64,000 bases of DNA. It comes from Laetmonice hystrix (taxonomy: Eukaryota). The stretch spans positions 6,574,001-6,638,000 of the forward strand of contig OZ249436.1 in NCBI GenBank assembly GCA_965235115.1, in the 5' to 3' direction. The notes under the pieces were generated by a model. That model was not told the DNA's origin. It saw nothing but the letters and a program-made list of their open reading frames with translations, and did not search any database. The position numbers and the translations under genes are program-made. Within the stretch, counting starts at the first letter, position 1. Each line of letters opens with the position of its first letter. Shown piece by piece: positions 27,113 to 41,650 of the stretch.

Positions 27113-29417
27113 ATGCCTTCTCTTTTCGTTCAGCTGACTCAGCGTTCTCTGTGTTGTCCTCTCACACGTAGCTGTAATCGGACCCGCACGTCTCGACAAC
27201 CTTTTTTCTCCCTCTAATTATCCACCGACGTTTTCACTCTTCTACCTTAAAGACGGCGGTGCTAAATTACCAGTAGACATGTTTAGAACATAAAAGGAAT
27301 TAATCAATGAAAAATAAAGAAAGAGGAAGGTGTGGTTTAATAGGTACATGTGTATATATTGGTAAAGAGGGAAGCCGCCTTCTCATCGGAGAGTGATATC
27401 TGTGAAACGTCAATATTTAAATATATCTATCATCCTCAAAGGCTGTCAGAGATTATTGTTCATTCTACAGAATGGTGCAAAGTCATTCTATATTTGATCA
27501 TATTTGAGCATATTTCAAAGTGTAAAGCTAGATAAGACTTCCCTATGCAATAAAAAAATGTATGTATACTGCACTGCACAGATTTACTTGGAAATCGACT
27601 TGCAAATTGCTCCAGCTAAATGTGTTCCTGGAATATTTCAACAAAGACGCCCTACTCGGCAGGACCCATTTCAGTTTTTTCATTTATATAATATGCCTGT
27701 GGCTACCAATGGGCAGGATGCGAGTGAGTCTTCGATCTTCCACCCAGAGTTGTCGAAAAGCCATTGTGATCGTCTGAGAGAACTACACATTAGCTATCAA
27801 TCAAACGGTCCGTATGCACTCATGACAAAGGCTGGAGAAACCTCTACAGAGACTCACACACAAAGTATGGGTTGACATTTCTGGCTGAAGGCCACGGGAA
27901 GCTACAGTGGGGGGACTGGGGCTATTTTGGTCCTTATCTGTGGGTCACAAAAAGGTCACTCCACCCACGTGGGAGTGATGTGGAGAATCTGTGGGGCTAT
28001 GTAAGGGCTTCTGTGCGAACAATGCTGGCGAAGTGGGGTTCTGAGACAATGAAGGGGGAGGTGGATAAACATATGGAATTGGGATGTGGAAAGTTCTGTG
28101 TACAATACATGCACAGTCTACAATAGAGGAGGGGCATGAGGCCCGCTGCATCTCCTGTTGTCAACGAATTGTGAGGTCCGTGCTTCCAGTACCAGATAAG
28201 AGTGTAATTGAGGCAGGGACGGTACGAGACGATGAATATGGCTGCACCTTCTACTGTAAGGCAGAGGAGCACTGGACTGGTAGGAGTGGCGGGACTTGGA
28301 TTAGATGAACCCCATAGGTTTGCAATGTTTGCTGAGGACTGCTCGTTGATTGTGGCTGTACCTCTTTTACTACATCGAGTTGGATATTCTCGCCCTGATC
28401 ATAGGAGAGTCTCGGTAATCTCATAACGTCTCGGAACAGACCGAGAATATCGTCACGTGTTAGCTCATCATACAATACCCACCAATCAGCGGACACGTCA
28501 TCAGTGCTACCATCAGCAACCCACAACTCTACCTCGTGCCAGGGTGAAGCAGCACGTTATTGCTCCATACTCGCTCTGGTTGCTCAATGCCGGTGCTCTA
28601 ATATAGAAAGTGGACGGCAATCAGCTCCTATTTTCTTCCGGACATCAAACAGAACCAGGCGGGTGAATCTGTCTTTAAAAAACGGTGATAACCCTCCAGG
28701 GATAAGAATAGCTAATCCGTGCTGGAGGAAAGTTACTGGAAGAAGAAGATTCCCTGCGGGTTGTAAGAACGCATGAAGGCAGCGAGGGCAGGTGGAGAGA
28801 CTTGCACACAGGCAAGCCAGGCTATCAATGAATCATTAAACAGATGTACTTGAACAAACTGTTCAAATGCCGCCCACGATAAGAGGAAGGCACAGGAAAT
28901 TATACATCAAACATGGTGGACATGTTATACAAATAAGATTTCCAGAAACTGTGCGGATTTAGATCACCTGTCACCAAAGGCACATTACATTCATTGTAGA
29001 AAAATCGCTGGTAAGAAAAATGTGGCCGGTGATAGATTTGGGAAGGTGTTTCAATGCTGCACTACAACACCTAGTTTTCATAATGTTATGAATTCTGTTA
29101 AAATATCGTTTAAAAACGCACCTTCATTTGTATTCTTTCTGATAACGTCGAGATGGATGATTTCCATATCTCATAAGGATTGACTTCATGCTTGTATTTA
29201 TAAATAACTCTACCAAGAAAGTGTTGTTAGTTGACAGGTTATGAACAGTTATGATTTGGATTTTGTCCTGTGTTTTGTAATATTAAAGTTATTGTTTCCG
29301 TACAAAGTATTGATGCTTGTATTTGATAAATCTAGCAGTCGTGCATACATGTACTTTTGGATAGAGTATCCATTGAGACATGTTTTGTAAAAGTTCTGAA
29401 ATAAAGAAACACTTGAT

Positions 29418-30057
29418 CACTAGAGTCCCGTGTCCTGCAGTATGTGGAGTACAGTTCCGAGTGACTAGAGTCCCGTGTCCTGCAGTATGTGGAGTGCAGT
29501 TCCGAGTGACTAGAGTCCCGTGTCCAGCAGTATGTGGAGTGCAGTTCCGAGCGACTAGAGTCCCGTGTCCTGCAGTATGTGGAGTGCAGTTCCGAGTGAC
29601 TAGAGTCCCGTGTCCAGCAGTATGTGGAGTAGAGTTCCGAGTGACTAGAGTCCCGTGTCCTGCACTAAGTGGATTGTGGAGTGCAGTTCCGAGTGACTAG
29701 AGTCCCGTGTCCTGCAGTATGTGGAGTAGAGTTCCGAGTGACTAGAGTCCCGTGTCCTGCAGTATGTGGAGTGCAGTTCCGAGTGACTAGAGTCCCGTGT
29801 CCAGCAGTATGTGGAGTGCAGTTCCGAGTGACTAGAGTCCCGTGTCCTGCAGTATGTGGAGTAGAGTTCCGAGTGACTAGAGTCCCGTGTCCTGCAGTAT
29901 GTGGAGTGCAGTTCCGAGTGACTAGAGTCCCGTGTTCTGAAGTATGTGGAGTGCAGTTCCGAGTGACTAGAGTCCCGTGTCCTGCAGTATGTGGAGTGCA
30001 GTTCCGAGTGACTAGAGTCCCGTGTCCTGCAGTATGTGGAGTACAGTTCCGAGTGAC
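29418..30057. repeat. 45-bp minisatellite, ~14 copies
   Basis: Unit tgactagagtcccgtgtcctgcagtatgtggagtgcagttccgag; one unit interrupted near 29664. Confidence 0.95.
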
Positions 30058-33000
30058 CTCAACAGTTTGTACAGTCAAACTCTGCCGTCCTGAATACAAG
30101 ATGACACATCTCGGCTGACCACAAAACACAGATCATTTACTCGCTGCGCACAGGGCCAGAGCATTGCTTGTTTTTGGTGCTTCACTGGGGTTAAGTCCAC
30201 TTTTCACTTGCCTTGGCAGCTCGCAGAATTCAAATACAACAAATTAGATTTCCTTGTCCAATTCCATTATCCTGTTAGCAAGCAGATGCAGGCCATCGCA
30301 TAAATAATATGATTTGTAGTCATTTTTGATGATCTTGACTGGGCTTTAAGATGCAGGTCTGTGATGGAATCAGCAAGAGAATACAAATCAGGGTAGCATA
30401 CAGTCCACAAGGCTGGAAGGCAGGCACTGCCTGCACTGCCTCCACTGATTCACCCTCACTTGTCCTGTATGAAGAACTACCAGGAACAGCTTGTAGTGCC
30501 AAGTAAACCGACACTAAACGTGTACTGCCGAGCTTCACGAAATCATGTGAAAATTCTCAGGAAGTTATAGAACGGACGAGGTTAACGTTAATATGCAGTT
30601 AATGAAGATGCAGAATCACCGCTGTACTTTATAAGGAGATTAATTTGGTTAATTGGGTCTAATTAATCAAAACTGTTGGGAGAAATATCTTAATGTACCT
30701 GATTAATGGGTGCAGCTTCTGATATATTAATATTGATATTCCTGCCAAGGTCTTGAATTTGTCATTTCCTTTTCTTTTCGATGCGTAGTGAATACATGTA
30801 CTTGCGTGAGATGACCAGTTCGTTTGACTGGTTTTATAATAGAACGATACGTAAATATGTACCTCCCTCAATGTTGGTCCTATAGTGTGTATTGGTGTTT
30901 GTCAAGTTTATTTGATATCCTTTACTGGACCATGATTTAAATAGCCTGAGCGGGAATTTGTATGGACGAGGCGGAGAGTAAGATCCGATGTTTGCGTAGG
31001 TGGTGTTTGATGTCATGGCGGCCTTTCACGACGTCCACTGAATCAAACAGGGAGTTCTTCCTCGGATCTGGCTTTGTGAGCGCAACCTTATCTTCATGGT
31101 TCACTGAACATGCTCCCCGGCCAATTGATGGGGACTTGTTGTCAACCAGCCAAGTAGGCCCGACTGTCATGGTCACGTAACTGGTTTGAATGTAAACCTG
31201 ACCGATTGCCTGTAACTCATTCGTCCAAGGTTCTAATGAACAAAATGAAGAAACCTGGAGATGAATGCCTGGTGACCTGTACATGTAGTTCTTTAATTTC
31301 TGGTCGCGGATTTGTGCCTCATACGTATCGTACCTGTAGTGGTAAACGTGCGGGGTTACGTAATGAGTGTGATAATATACCGTATAGATACCTCCTCCGA
31401 TACAACCTTTGGAATCAGTAACTCAGCTTATTCATTGTGAAAGAAAAATAAAAGTTTGTCGCAAAACAATCTGAGATTAGTTATAAACGATATGACAGCA
31501 TTCTGAGGAAAGATAATACAAAGAAAACGAGTTGGCCAAAGTTATTCCATTTATAGTCGGGGATTCGATCCGTTTCCTGCAGCGATTGCTGATCTGTTTT
31601 ATGGGTCCCCAAAGTAAGCGGAGCCACACGAGGTGGACTGTCCGGGACAGATAACGGGCCCGTGTCGCTGAGCGCACACGGAGACCACCTCAGTGGACCT
31701 ACCACATACTGTTAGCACTAGGTGTCCACCAGCCTCAAGTGGTCACAATTAATGCTGGCTGCCAGCGCCAGCCGTAAAACATCCGGCAGATCCGGCGGTA
31801 ATCCGGCGCGAACCGAGCCTCGAGTTACGATAACATCACCAGAATGTGGACGCAAGAGGCGAATTTATCGGGACATGCATCACGCCACGGGTGAAAAATT
31901 ACCGGGGGTGGAAGGGGGCCGGGGGGGGGGGTGCTTTCATCGCTCTGGTCTACCCAACGTGTGCTGACACCTTCAATCTCTGACCCTAGCACGTGTAGGT
32001 CCCTCTGAATGGATTCTAAAGATAGAGAGACCGGCACACCAAAGAACAAGAAAAAAAGGGGGGCACACGTCGTCCTTCACAGGATTCTGGAAATGGGAGA
32101 AAAAGAAAGAGAGAAAATGATAGGACTAGGCGCCCAGACCCCTTGAATTGTGAGTGCTTTCTGGGTATTAAGGATCTGACTGATCTTTTAATAGGTTCAT
32201 TAACCATTCGCCTCTCCAGGGTAGTTAGTAGACGGGTTCTAGGAGACGCTATCATTAGGTGTTCGTTTTTACTCCCAGCACCGACACATATCATTCTGTA
32301 CGCGGTCAGATTCATCGCTAGGGGGCGCTCTATGATAATGGACGGCAGGTGCGTCGTCTGCGCGTCTATCATAAATCTAGCTTTGTTGTCCTCATACGGA
32401 GAGACTGAATAAAGGGAAGTTGGCAACCCAGTAGATTCAATCTCAGTTGGTCGCTTTGAGATTTTATAACCTTACATCATTATGCAGCGTACACATAGGA
32501 ATGGAAATGAAGGTATTTTTATTTATTTTTTTAAACAATGCTTTACCATGGATTAGGTATTGTTAGGATACATATCATACATACACCTTACATGTGACAT
32601 ATTAATGCGCATATAACCTAGCCGTGTAGTATGAGGGGGAGTTATTGCATATCAGTATGCATATAACCTGCTTGAGGAAGGATATAAAACCAAATGGTGA
32701 TAGATGACGTATTATAGGTGTTATATATAGCAGGTCTTGCACCCTGATATATCATGACATATGTAATAGTACGGGGGGCATTTAATACAGAGGACGCACC
32801 CCCCCCCCCCCCCCACCTACTCACACAAATAATAAATCAGTCAATGTCACCCGTAATAGGCGGATACAGGATGATTGTATCACAGAGTAATTGTTGGCGA
32901 GTGTGGAATGGGTCGGCCTATCGTGGGAGTGATGTCGACTGTTATTATGTGAAGGGTAGCAACACCATGACAAAAACTTATGGTAAAATCTATTTTAGGT

Positions 33001-33240
33001 GTACGCACTGATACGACCTCAGTCGGACCAGTTTTAGGCTGTGTAATATCTCTCTTTCTCCCCCCCCCCCTCTCTCTCTCTCCCTCTCTATCTCCCTCTC
33101 TCTCTGTAATGGTCTCCTAGTATGTTGTTGTAAGTAGTATGTAAAAATGGGGCGTTTCTTCAGGCTTCTCGCGTGACGTATGATATTTGCTACAGTATAT
33201 AGGCAAGACATGTAAGGCTCGAGTTTTAGCTGGTAGTTAA

Positions 33241-33746
33241 AGTGGCACCCCAGATTTCTCAAACACTTACCTTTGAACCCCAGGGACACCATGTTAAAGC
33301 GACAGTCTCGTCCGTTAGACCATGCTCGCAGCCACCTAGTGGCCTATTTGATAACTACGACCATCCTATGCTTTAGCCTAGGAACTGACGTCTATAAATA
33401 ACACTTCGACCGTTAGGATGGCCAGCCTATCGCACAATGCTGAAGGACGAGACGTCGCTTTAAAATTTTCAGGTTTAATGGAATGGAAAAATATGTCTCC
33501 GCTGTCCTGGCTTCCACTATGATTCCGCTGCCATATTTGGACAGAGACCCCACTCCATGATCTATAAATAGATTACCGCTAGCTCCCAGCCCGCGCTGGC
33601 TTCAGAAAATAACGGACGGGCCGAACGTTAACTCGGGACCCTAACATAACTCCATTTTTACCTTTCGCTTATTGCTCGGACCTGAAATTTTAACATAGCG
33701 TCTCTCGGGTTCAAAGGTAAGTATTTGAGGAATTTGGGGTGTCACT
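33241..33746. mobile_element. Non-autonomous TTAA-inserting DNA transposon (Kolobok-type termini)
   Basis: TTAA at 33237-33240 and 33747-33750; ~60-bp imperfect TIRs agtggcaccccagatttctcaaacacttacctttgaaccc... / ...gggttcaaaggtaagtatttgaggaatttggggtgtcact; purine-purine terminus. Confidence 0.8.
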
Positions 33747-33774
33747 TTAACAGTTTAATCTATAACAGAGACAG

Positions 33775-34443
33775 CATGGTGTAGCTAGATCTATTTATGT
33801 ATGTTTTATTTTGTGTAGGAGATATGGTGGATGGTAATGTTTCAATAACTGAGGCAGCAAGGTGTAGGTAGATCTGTATGTTATATTTTGTGCAGGAGAT
33901 ATGGTTGATGGTGATGTTTCAATAGCAGAGGCAGCAAGGTGTAGGTAGATCTGTATGTTATATTTTGTGCAGGAGATATGGTGGATGGTAATGTTTCAAT
34001 AACTGAGGCAGAATGGTGTAGGTAGATCTGTATGCTATATTTTGTGTAGGAGGTATGGTGGATGGTAATGTTTCAATAACTGAGGCAGCATGGTGTAGGT
34101 AGATCTGTATGTTGTGTAGGAGATATGGGGATGTTTCAATAGTAGAGGCAGAATGGTGTAGGTAGATCTGTATGTTATATTTTGTGTAGGAGATATGGTG
34201 GATGGTGATGTTTCAATAGCAGAGGCAGAATGGTGTAGGTAGATCTGTGTGCTATATTTTGTGTAGGAGATATGGTGGATGGTGATGTTTCAATAGCAGA
34301 GGCAGCAAGGTGTAGGTAGATCTGTATGTTATATTTTGTGTAGGAGATATGGTGGATGGTGATGTTTCAATAGCAGAGGCAGAATGGTGTAGGTAGATCT
34401 GTGTGTTATATTTTGTGTAGGAGATATGGTTGATGGTTATGTT
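33775..34443. repeat. 77-bp minisatellite, ~9 copies
   Basis: Unit tagatctgtatgttatattttgtgtaggagatatggtggatggtgatgtttcaatagcagaggcagaatggtgtagg; ends just before a splice acceptor. Confidence 0.9.
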
Positions 34444-34459
34444 TACGTTGCCTTTCCAG

Positions 34460-34519
34460 GCAAGGACAACAATAGTGACGGCTCGGACTGGTATTACAGT
34501 GTGGACGATTCCTACAGTG
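34460..34519 (+). CDS. Internal coding exon (phase 1-1) of a putative single-pass membrane protein: KDNNSDGSDWYYSVDDSYS
   Basis: cctttccag acceptor, gtgagc donor, 60 bp open; final G joins AT at 44925 to give Asp and continues the acidic/Tyr-rich composition. Confidence 0.6.
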
Positions 34520-34669
34520 GTGAGCATGTTACAGTGTCAGTCTGGTCTGTCCTCATGTACTGACCTGCATGCCTTTATCAAATAGATACATACGTGTCAT
34601 ACTGTACCATTCAACAGATATAGTTCACGAGGAAGTTTTTGTATCTGTGCAGGATCACATTCCGTACAC

Positions 34670-35068
34670 CAGTGTCGGTTCGTTGTGGTACTAGAATCGC
34701 GGAAATATCTAGTCTCAACATTAGCGTTGTATTCATTTCACTACCTTGTGGAAAAGCTAGCACTGGGGGGTCCAGGGGGCCGCCCCCTAAATTTTCCTTT
34801 TTTTCCCTTTTATGAAGATGCATTATTCAGACCCTGAAACCAGGATTCCAACAAAATTCTTTAAAAAGGCCTCCTATACTGTACGTAGTACATCAGGCCC
34901 AGGGCCTCCTCAGTCGTCCAGCAGCAAGAGAACTCTGGGCTATGCAGCATTGAAATAGACCAAAAGGGGGCCAAAATCGCCACAATCACAATTAAATCAG
35001 AGCCGGGCGTAGCGAAGGTAAATTATTTTTTAGGTGCCCCCCTTATCAAAATCCTGGCTCCTCCACTG
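34670..35068. mobile_element. Decayed MITE with CAGTG...CACTG ends
   Basis: cagtgtcgg at left, ggctcctccactg at right, internal ggggggtccagggggccgccccc; no clear TSD. Confidence 0.4.
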
Positions 35069-35397
35069 ACTAGACATGTACTTCTAGTGTAAGGAGCCGT
35101 ATAAAAATGTACACAGCCATGATGTTTTTTGTAGAAAACACATCGTTCAGAGACAGAGAGTGTTATTTATTAAATATTTTGACGCTCTGGTGTTGTTTTG
35201 TGAAGGGAGATATGTCAGTACGGATAATGGATCCATATACGTCGTAGTTGTTGATGCGTTCTTTGTGTCTGTTGGGTGCAGTTATTTGTGTGTTCAATAT
35301 ACCTTCTCCTTAGGTTTTATATGTCGTACACATTACAGTGGGGATTGTGTGGGAAGAGGGGTAGCTTTCATTCATTCATTCATTCATTCATATATTT

Positions 35398-35428
<31 letters not shown>

Positions 35429-38400
35429 TTTCCTCTATAAAACTTGAGAGTGAATGCATCATCATTTTTATTTATAATCCCTCTTATTTTAATTATTAAT
35501 ACTGAATTTACGTAGTTGTTTTTACAACACTGCATTCTATAGTTAGCCGTGAGTAAGTTATATAAGACTGCTGCAGTGAGTTGCAGCAGTCGTTTGCCAG
35601 AAAGGAGAGTTAAATTACATGGTAGTGTTCCGATGATTGGCCTGCCACAAGAGAAACTGCCCAATTTCCTGCTTGAAATGTGTTTCCGATTGATGGGAGC
35701 ATTAGAGGATCTAATGTTGATTTCAGTGCGCTGAGACCCTCCGGGCTTTTTACGGCATGAAATTTTTACTTCCACACAAATTACTGTATCGGCAGAGAAA
35801 TCGTGGAAACATTGTTACGTATACTCAAGCAACAGAACTACGTCTACATGTGATCGAAACGAAGGTTCCTCCTAACTCAAATATAGTCTTTTTGGTTAGG
35901 TCGGGAGGATTCAGAGTGAAAAATTGGTTGTGTTATGATTTCTATGTGTGGTATTAGGAAATTTACCACACGTCGTGGCTCTTTAGTGAAAGGATGGATC
36001 TGTTGGATTGATATTCAGCACTGCTCCCTGAAGAATGCAACAAAGGGTATAGGGCGGGAAATTGGGGGCTCAAGGAGGTCTCCCGTGAGAACCTGACCCA
36101 TGCAAATGACACATTAAAGGGTTGGCAGGTGGGTCGAGACCGGCTTAGCACCTTGATGAATGGGGCCTGTCAGTCTTTGAGCATGGCCGGACCTCCACAC
36201 GTGGCCTCTATAGTATAGAGGCACTCACTCTTCCAGCCTCTTTGTTGTCAGTCTTATTCAACATTAACGTTTAAACACCTGTCTATAATGACCTGTCCAT
36301 GCGCGCCGAGTGGGACGCTGCCAAAGTTGTATTACTGATCCCTTGCTATGTTCCGCTCTCATTACTTTCTCGTCGATCAATTTCAGAAGTCTCTAATGTG
36401 CGATACACAAATATAATGCAACATGCTCACCGTCCAATTTAGTGTATTATAATATTTCAAAAGCGGCTGTCTAGAGGGTCTAGAGACTGATTGAGTGTCT
36501 AAAAACGACACCATGTAAGAGTGAGGATGCTGAGGTGCATTTGGTGGGCATATATATGTATATGATTGTATGTATGAGTGTTACGTGTTGAGAGAGGGTT
36601 CAAACTCCAAGTAACCCGACGTCACATTTCGTATTGATTATCCCGAAACTATATGCACGTAGACGAGCCAGCCGCGTCAGACTTTTCTTCAAACCTTGTG
36701 AAGATTTTTGCAGATTATGCATCGCCTACATACCTACTCAATCATGGCAGGCAGCGCGGCTAATATTTATCATCCAATTAAAACTCAACATCCATCACTC
36801 GGGATCCGTGTTATAAAAACTAGATCCCTGCTAGAGTTGGCGGCGGCGGCGGCGGCAGCGACGGCACTGAGTTCGATATGTGGATCGAGACACCTCACTG
36901 ATATAGGATCCCTGACCGATCTCTGCCATCAATCTGCCCCGCCCCACCCAGCTGTCCCAACTCACCACCAGACGGCGTGTTGTTTCGAGCTGTTGATTGC
37001 CCGTATCATCATAACGTCCTCCACTCCCGGCCGTGTCATGATCCATCACGTGTCGAAACGTTATGAATAAACTGCAATGTACGAACACATGAATTTAGAT
37101 TGGTATGGTCGATCTATACTGGTGTGATCCCGCACTCCTAGGTCCACTATGGTTTCACACTTGCATACTCTCAAACACTAGGGCAGGGATGGACCTTGGC
37201 CTGTCACGAAAAGCTCTTACGTTGTGCATGTGGGCATGTTCGCCACCAACAGATAGGCCTAATGTGGGACACATTGTGTCAACCTGAACTACGTAAAACT
37301 GAAGGCAGTAATGCGAGATTTTATTCGGTTTATACAGAGCGGGTTCTCTAATCCCCTACGGTTACATGCGCCATTAGGGACAGTTAGTGGCTCACTCCTG
37401 ACTGTGGACAGACCATTTCCCTGCTGTTACTTGTGCCATGAGATGTCAAATATGATCAGCTGAGGGAGCTTGGAAGGGCAGTGCAGGGAGACCTAACCAG
37501 GAAGAGAAAGTCACCCTTTCTGATACTTTAATGGGATCAGAGATCAATCTACTTTGGGACAAGCCATCCCTCGTGAAGTATTATGTAGCCATTGTTTTAA
37601 TTAGCCGCCGCTATAGTAATTATGTGAGCCTATTACATAATTATTCTAAGGTATGACCCTTCGTTACGTTTGCTACGTGTCTGTCGTTCTCAATTCAAAC
37701 GCAGGGAAAGCGACTGCTGGAAGCTAAGTGTACATTCACGCCAGTCAGGAGAGTTAAATTATAAATTATTAAAGCGAAGGAAGTGGATTCTGATCAGCGT
37801 TTTAAAATCCCGCCTACATTAATGGACTACCAATGATATACCGTGTCCAGAATACAACAAACACAGCTGTGACGCCGAGTCCGAAAGGTGTGTGTTTCCT
37901 TGAGTACCCTTGACTCAGGCTTGTTTTAATTAGGGTAACAGCAGCTTTAAGAGGGAAGCGGTAAATCACACCATTGGGCATGACCTAAATAATTTAGTGC
38001 CCAGCCAGGTGGCCATGGACCAAGGAGGGCTTTAAAGTGCAATTTACTCGCTAATATATCCAATTTAAGGTGGCAGACTAGCTTTCACGGGGCTCCATAC
38101 AACATCTTCAAGGCGTGAATTACTGACGAATGGCTCCGTATTGAGTTTATCTTTATTAACATTACTTAAATCTCTGTGCCGCCATGGAACCAGTGGCATG
38201 AGGTGTACTCAGCTGATTCAGCAGTAAAACTCGATTAAACGAGTAAACAGGGAGGGCGTGGCGGGGAGAGCTTAGTCTACATGGCTGCCCTTTGTACGCC
38301 CAGCCACTAAGTCAGGCTCGATGCGTGTTCGTCTAATCCTATAAACACCTGCTCGAACCTCCCGGATCTCGCAAAATCTCGTGCCACCCAAACCGAGGCA

Positions 38401-39212
38401 AACTACTCCGGCACAAGTGTACACAGGCGTTCTAGCTCAGCCCCCGGGGACCGCTTCTTTGTCTTGGAGTATTTGGCCCTTTCCTCAAAGAAGAGATTGT
38501 ACTTTTCGGTGACTGTAGCTTTTGGTGGCGGTAGGGACGATTGAGTGATGGTTGCCAGGTGTTTTGGCCACTGCTATGTGCGGAAGAAGCCCACATTCTG
38601 CACCTGGGCTCTGGAGACCATCTGAGGCTTGTAAATGGAAACCACGTAAACATACGCGGCTCTCGGAAGAACCATGAGTTCCGTGGAATCTCGATAAATG
38701 TTTCAATACAATTAGCCAATTCGCTTCCTCTCTCGCAGGGCTACAAGTGTACACTACTTCTCAAACCTTTCAAGTGTTTTTGAGGATGCATTAGTGAACC
38801 CCCAAAGTAGCCGACATTTGCTGTATATTGCATGTAGTGAAGATGTCTACAGTTGGTACAAGTAGGAGTTTATCACGTTCTATCTGATGGGAAGAGTGCC
38901 TTGTTTGAGAACTGACAAAATGTCAGCTGGCGAGCACTAGTACTGCACCCGGTACATTAACAACAACACTGGTTCATGGCAGATTACAACTCCACCCAAG
39001 CAGTGGCAGTTAATTTTGTCACCGTATAGATAGGCAAGCTGTGTAAACCCGGTGTGAGACCGGCAGCGTTCGTCTCCGACAGAATCTCCCTCATTACGGG
39101 AGTCGGGGGGTCACTGTGTAGATGGATGTCCTCACTGAGGGTGAGGAAGATGGATGAGGGAAGGGTTATGGAGACCTGCGGGTTGGTGTCGTGAAGGATG
39201 ATGGTGTCCTGC

Positions 39213-40715
39213 AGCCATGATATAATGTCCCACAGCCACGATATAATGTCCCACAGACACGATATACTGTCCCGGTGCCATGATAATACTGTCTCACAGC
39301 CATGATATATGGTCTCAATGCCATGATATACCGTCTCACAGCCATGATACACTGTCTCACGGCCATGATATACCGTCTCACAGCCATGATACACTGTCTC
39401 ACGGCCATGATATACTGTCTCACGGCCATGATATACTGTCCCAGTGCCATGATATACTGTCTCACGGCCATGATATACTGTCTCACGGCCATGATATACT
39501 CTCCCACGGCCATGATATACTCTCCCACAGCCATGATATACTGTCTCACAGCCATGATATACTGTCTCACGGCCATGATATAGTGTCTTACGGCCATGAT
39601 ATACTCTCCCACAGCCATGATATACTGTCTCACGGCCATGATATATACTGTCCCACGGCCATGATATACTCTCCCACAGCCATGATATACTGTCTCACGG
39701 CCATGATATACTGTCTCACGGCCATGATATACTGTCTCACGGCCATGATGTACTGTCTCACGGCCATGATGTACTGTCTCACGGCCATGATATAGTGTCT
39801 CACGGCCATGATATAGTGTCTTACGGCCATGATATACTGTCTCACGGCCATGATATACTCTCCCAATGCCATGATATACTGTCTCACGGCCATGATATAC
39901 TGTCTCACGGCCATGATATAGTGTCTTACGGCCATGATATACTCTACCACGGCCATGATATACTGTCTCACAGCCATGATATACTCTCCCAATGCCATGA
40001 TATACTGTCTCACGGCCATGATATACTGTCTCACGGCCATGATATACTGTCTCACGGCCATGATATACTGTCTCACGGCCATGATATACTCTCACAATGC
40101 CATGATATACTGTCTCACGGCCATGATATACTCTCCCAGTGCCATGATATACTGTCTCACGGCCATGATATATGGTCCCAATGCCATGATATACTGTCTC
40201 ACGGCCATGATATACTGTCCCAATGCCATGATATACTGTCTCACGGCCATGATATACTGTCCCAATGCCATGATATACTGTCTCACGGTCATGATATACT
40301 GTCCCAATGCCATGATATACTGTCTCACGGCCATGATATACTGTCTCACGGCCATGATATACTGTCTCACGGCCATGATATACTCTCCCAATGCCATGAT
40401 ATACTGTCTCACGGCCATGATATACTGTCTCACGGCCATGATATACTGTCTCACGGCCATGATATACTGTCTCACGGCCATGATACACTCTCTCAACGCC
40501 ATGATATACGGTCTCACTGCCATGATATACTGTCTCACGGCCATGATATACTGTCTCACGGCCATGATATACTGTCTCACGGCCATGATATATGGTCCCA
40601 ATGCCATGATATACTCTCCCAATGCCATGATATACCGTCTCACGGCCATGATATACTGTCCTAATGCCATGATACACTATCTCACAGCCATGATATAATG
40701 TACTACGGCCATGAT
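39213..40715. repeat. 21-bp minisatellite, ~70 copies
   Basis: Unit gccatgatatactgtctcacg; explains all ORFs 38984-40698. Confidence 0.95.
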
Positions 40716-41345
40716 AATATTATACTCCCCTACGGCACGCGGTACGTTCAGTTCAAGCCCCGCTTGGATTTCCTCACATGGAAACCTAGACCGATTTATA
40801 AACTGGAGGAACTTCTGCATTTTCTTGGAAGAGGGGGGTGTTGTTAACGGATTTAGTCTTCACATCCCTTTAATCAATTAATCCGTATAAGTTGCATACA
40901 ATATGAAGATATATCAACGTCTTTGATATAGATCGGACGGTAAGATATGTGCACAACACTTGACCCAATAGTTCTCAACGTGTTTTCCAGTAATGGGTTT
41001 TTGTCGTGTTCGAGTCTCGTTGAGCCAAACTGATGTCATTGTTTGTCTGTTTATCTGGCCAGCAACGCTCATATTGTTTACTTTGGACCAAACGCACTTC
41101 TTTTCACACTCTCCTTTGCCTTCACAGATGCCTTCGTCAACAGAAAGAGATTTAAGAGGCATCTGGGAGTTAAAAAAAGCAGACCCCCACCCCACCACAC
41201 CCGCCATAGAAACTCTATTGAAATTCTCTTCCGTTTTTCTTCTGCTTTCTCTTTTAATTTTCTTTTGAAAAATAATTTGCCTCATGTTCTTAGTCTGTGG
41301 CCCTCTCTCCATCTTGCTCAAACATAATATTTGTATACCTGATAC

Positions 41346-41650
41346 CATTATCAGGGTTTATATTACGTGTATTCTGGCCAGTATTAATACCATGACATCA
41401 GACGGGGTCTACCATTATCAGAGTTTATTACATGGCCGGTATTAATGTAGTTGTATTGTGAGTCCACCTTGAGCCAACAATTCGTTAGGTTGGGTCGGCC
41501 CATTATCAGGGTTTATATTACGTGTATTATGACCAGTATTAATACCATGACATCAGACGGGGTCTACCATTATCAGAGTTTATTACGTGTATGGCCGGTA
41601 TTAAGCTGTATTGTGAGTCCACCTTGAGCCAACAATTCGTTAGGTTAGGT
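41346..41650. repeat. Two-copy ~155-bp tandem duplication
   Basis: cattatcagggtttatattacgtgtatt...caacaattcgttaggtt starting at 41346 and 41501. Confidence 0.9.

Noticed and set aside
30937..31284. 115-aa minus-strand ORF
   Set aside because: No recognisable family or partner exons
38984..40698. 503-aa and other His/Tyr-rich ORFs
   Set aside because: 21-bp minisatellite open in several frames on both strands
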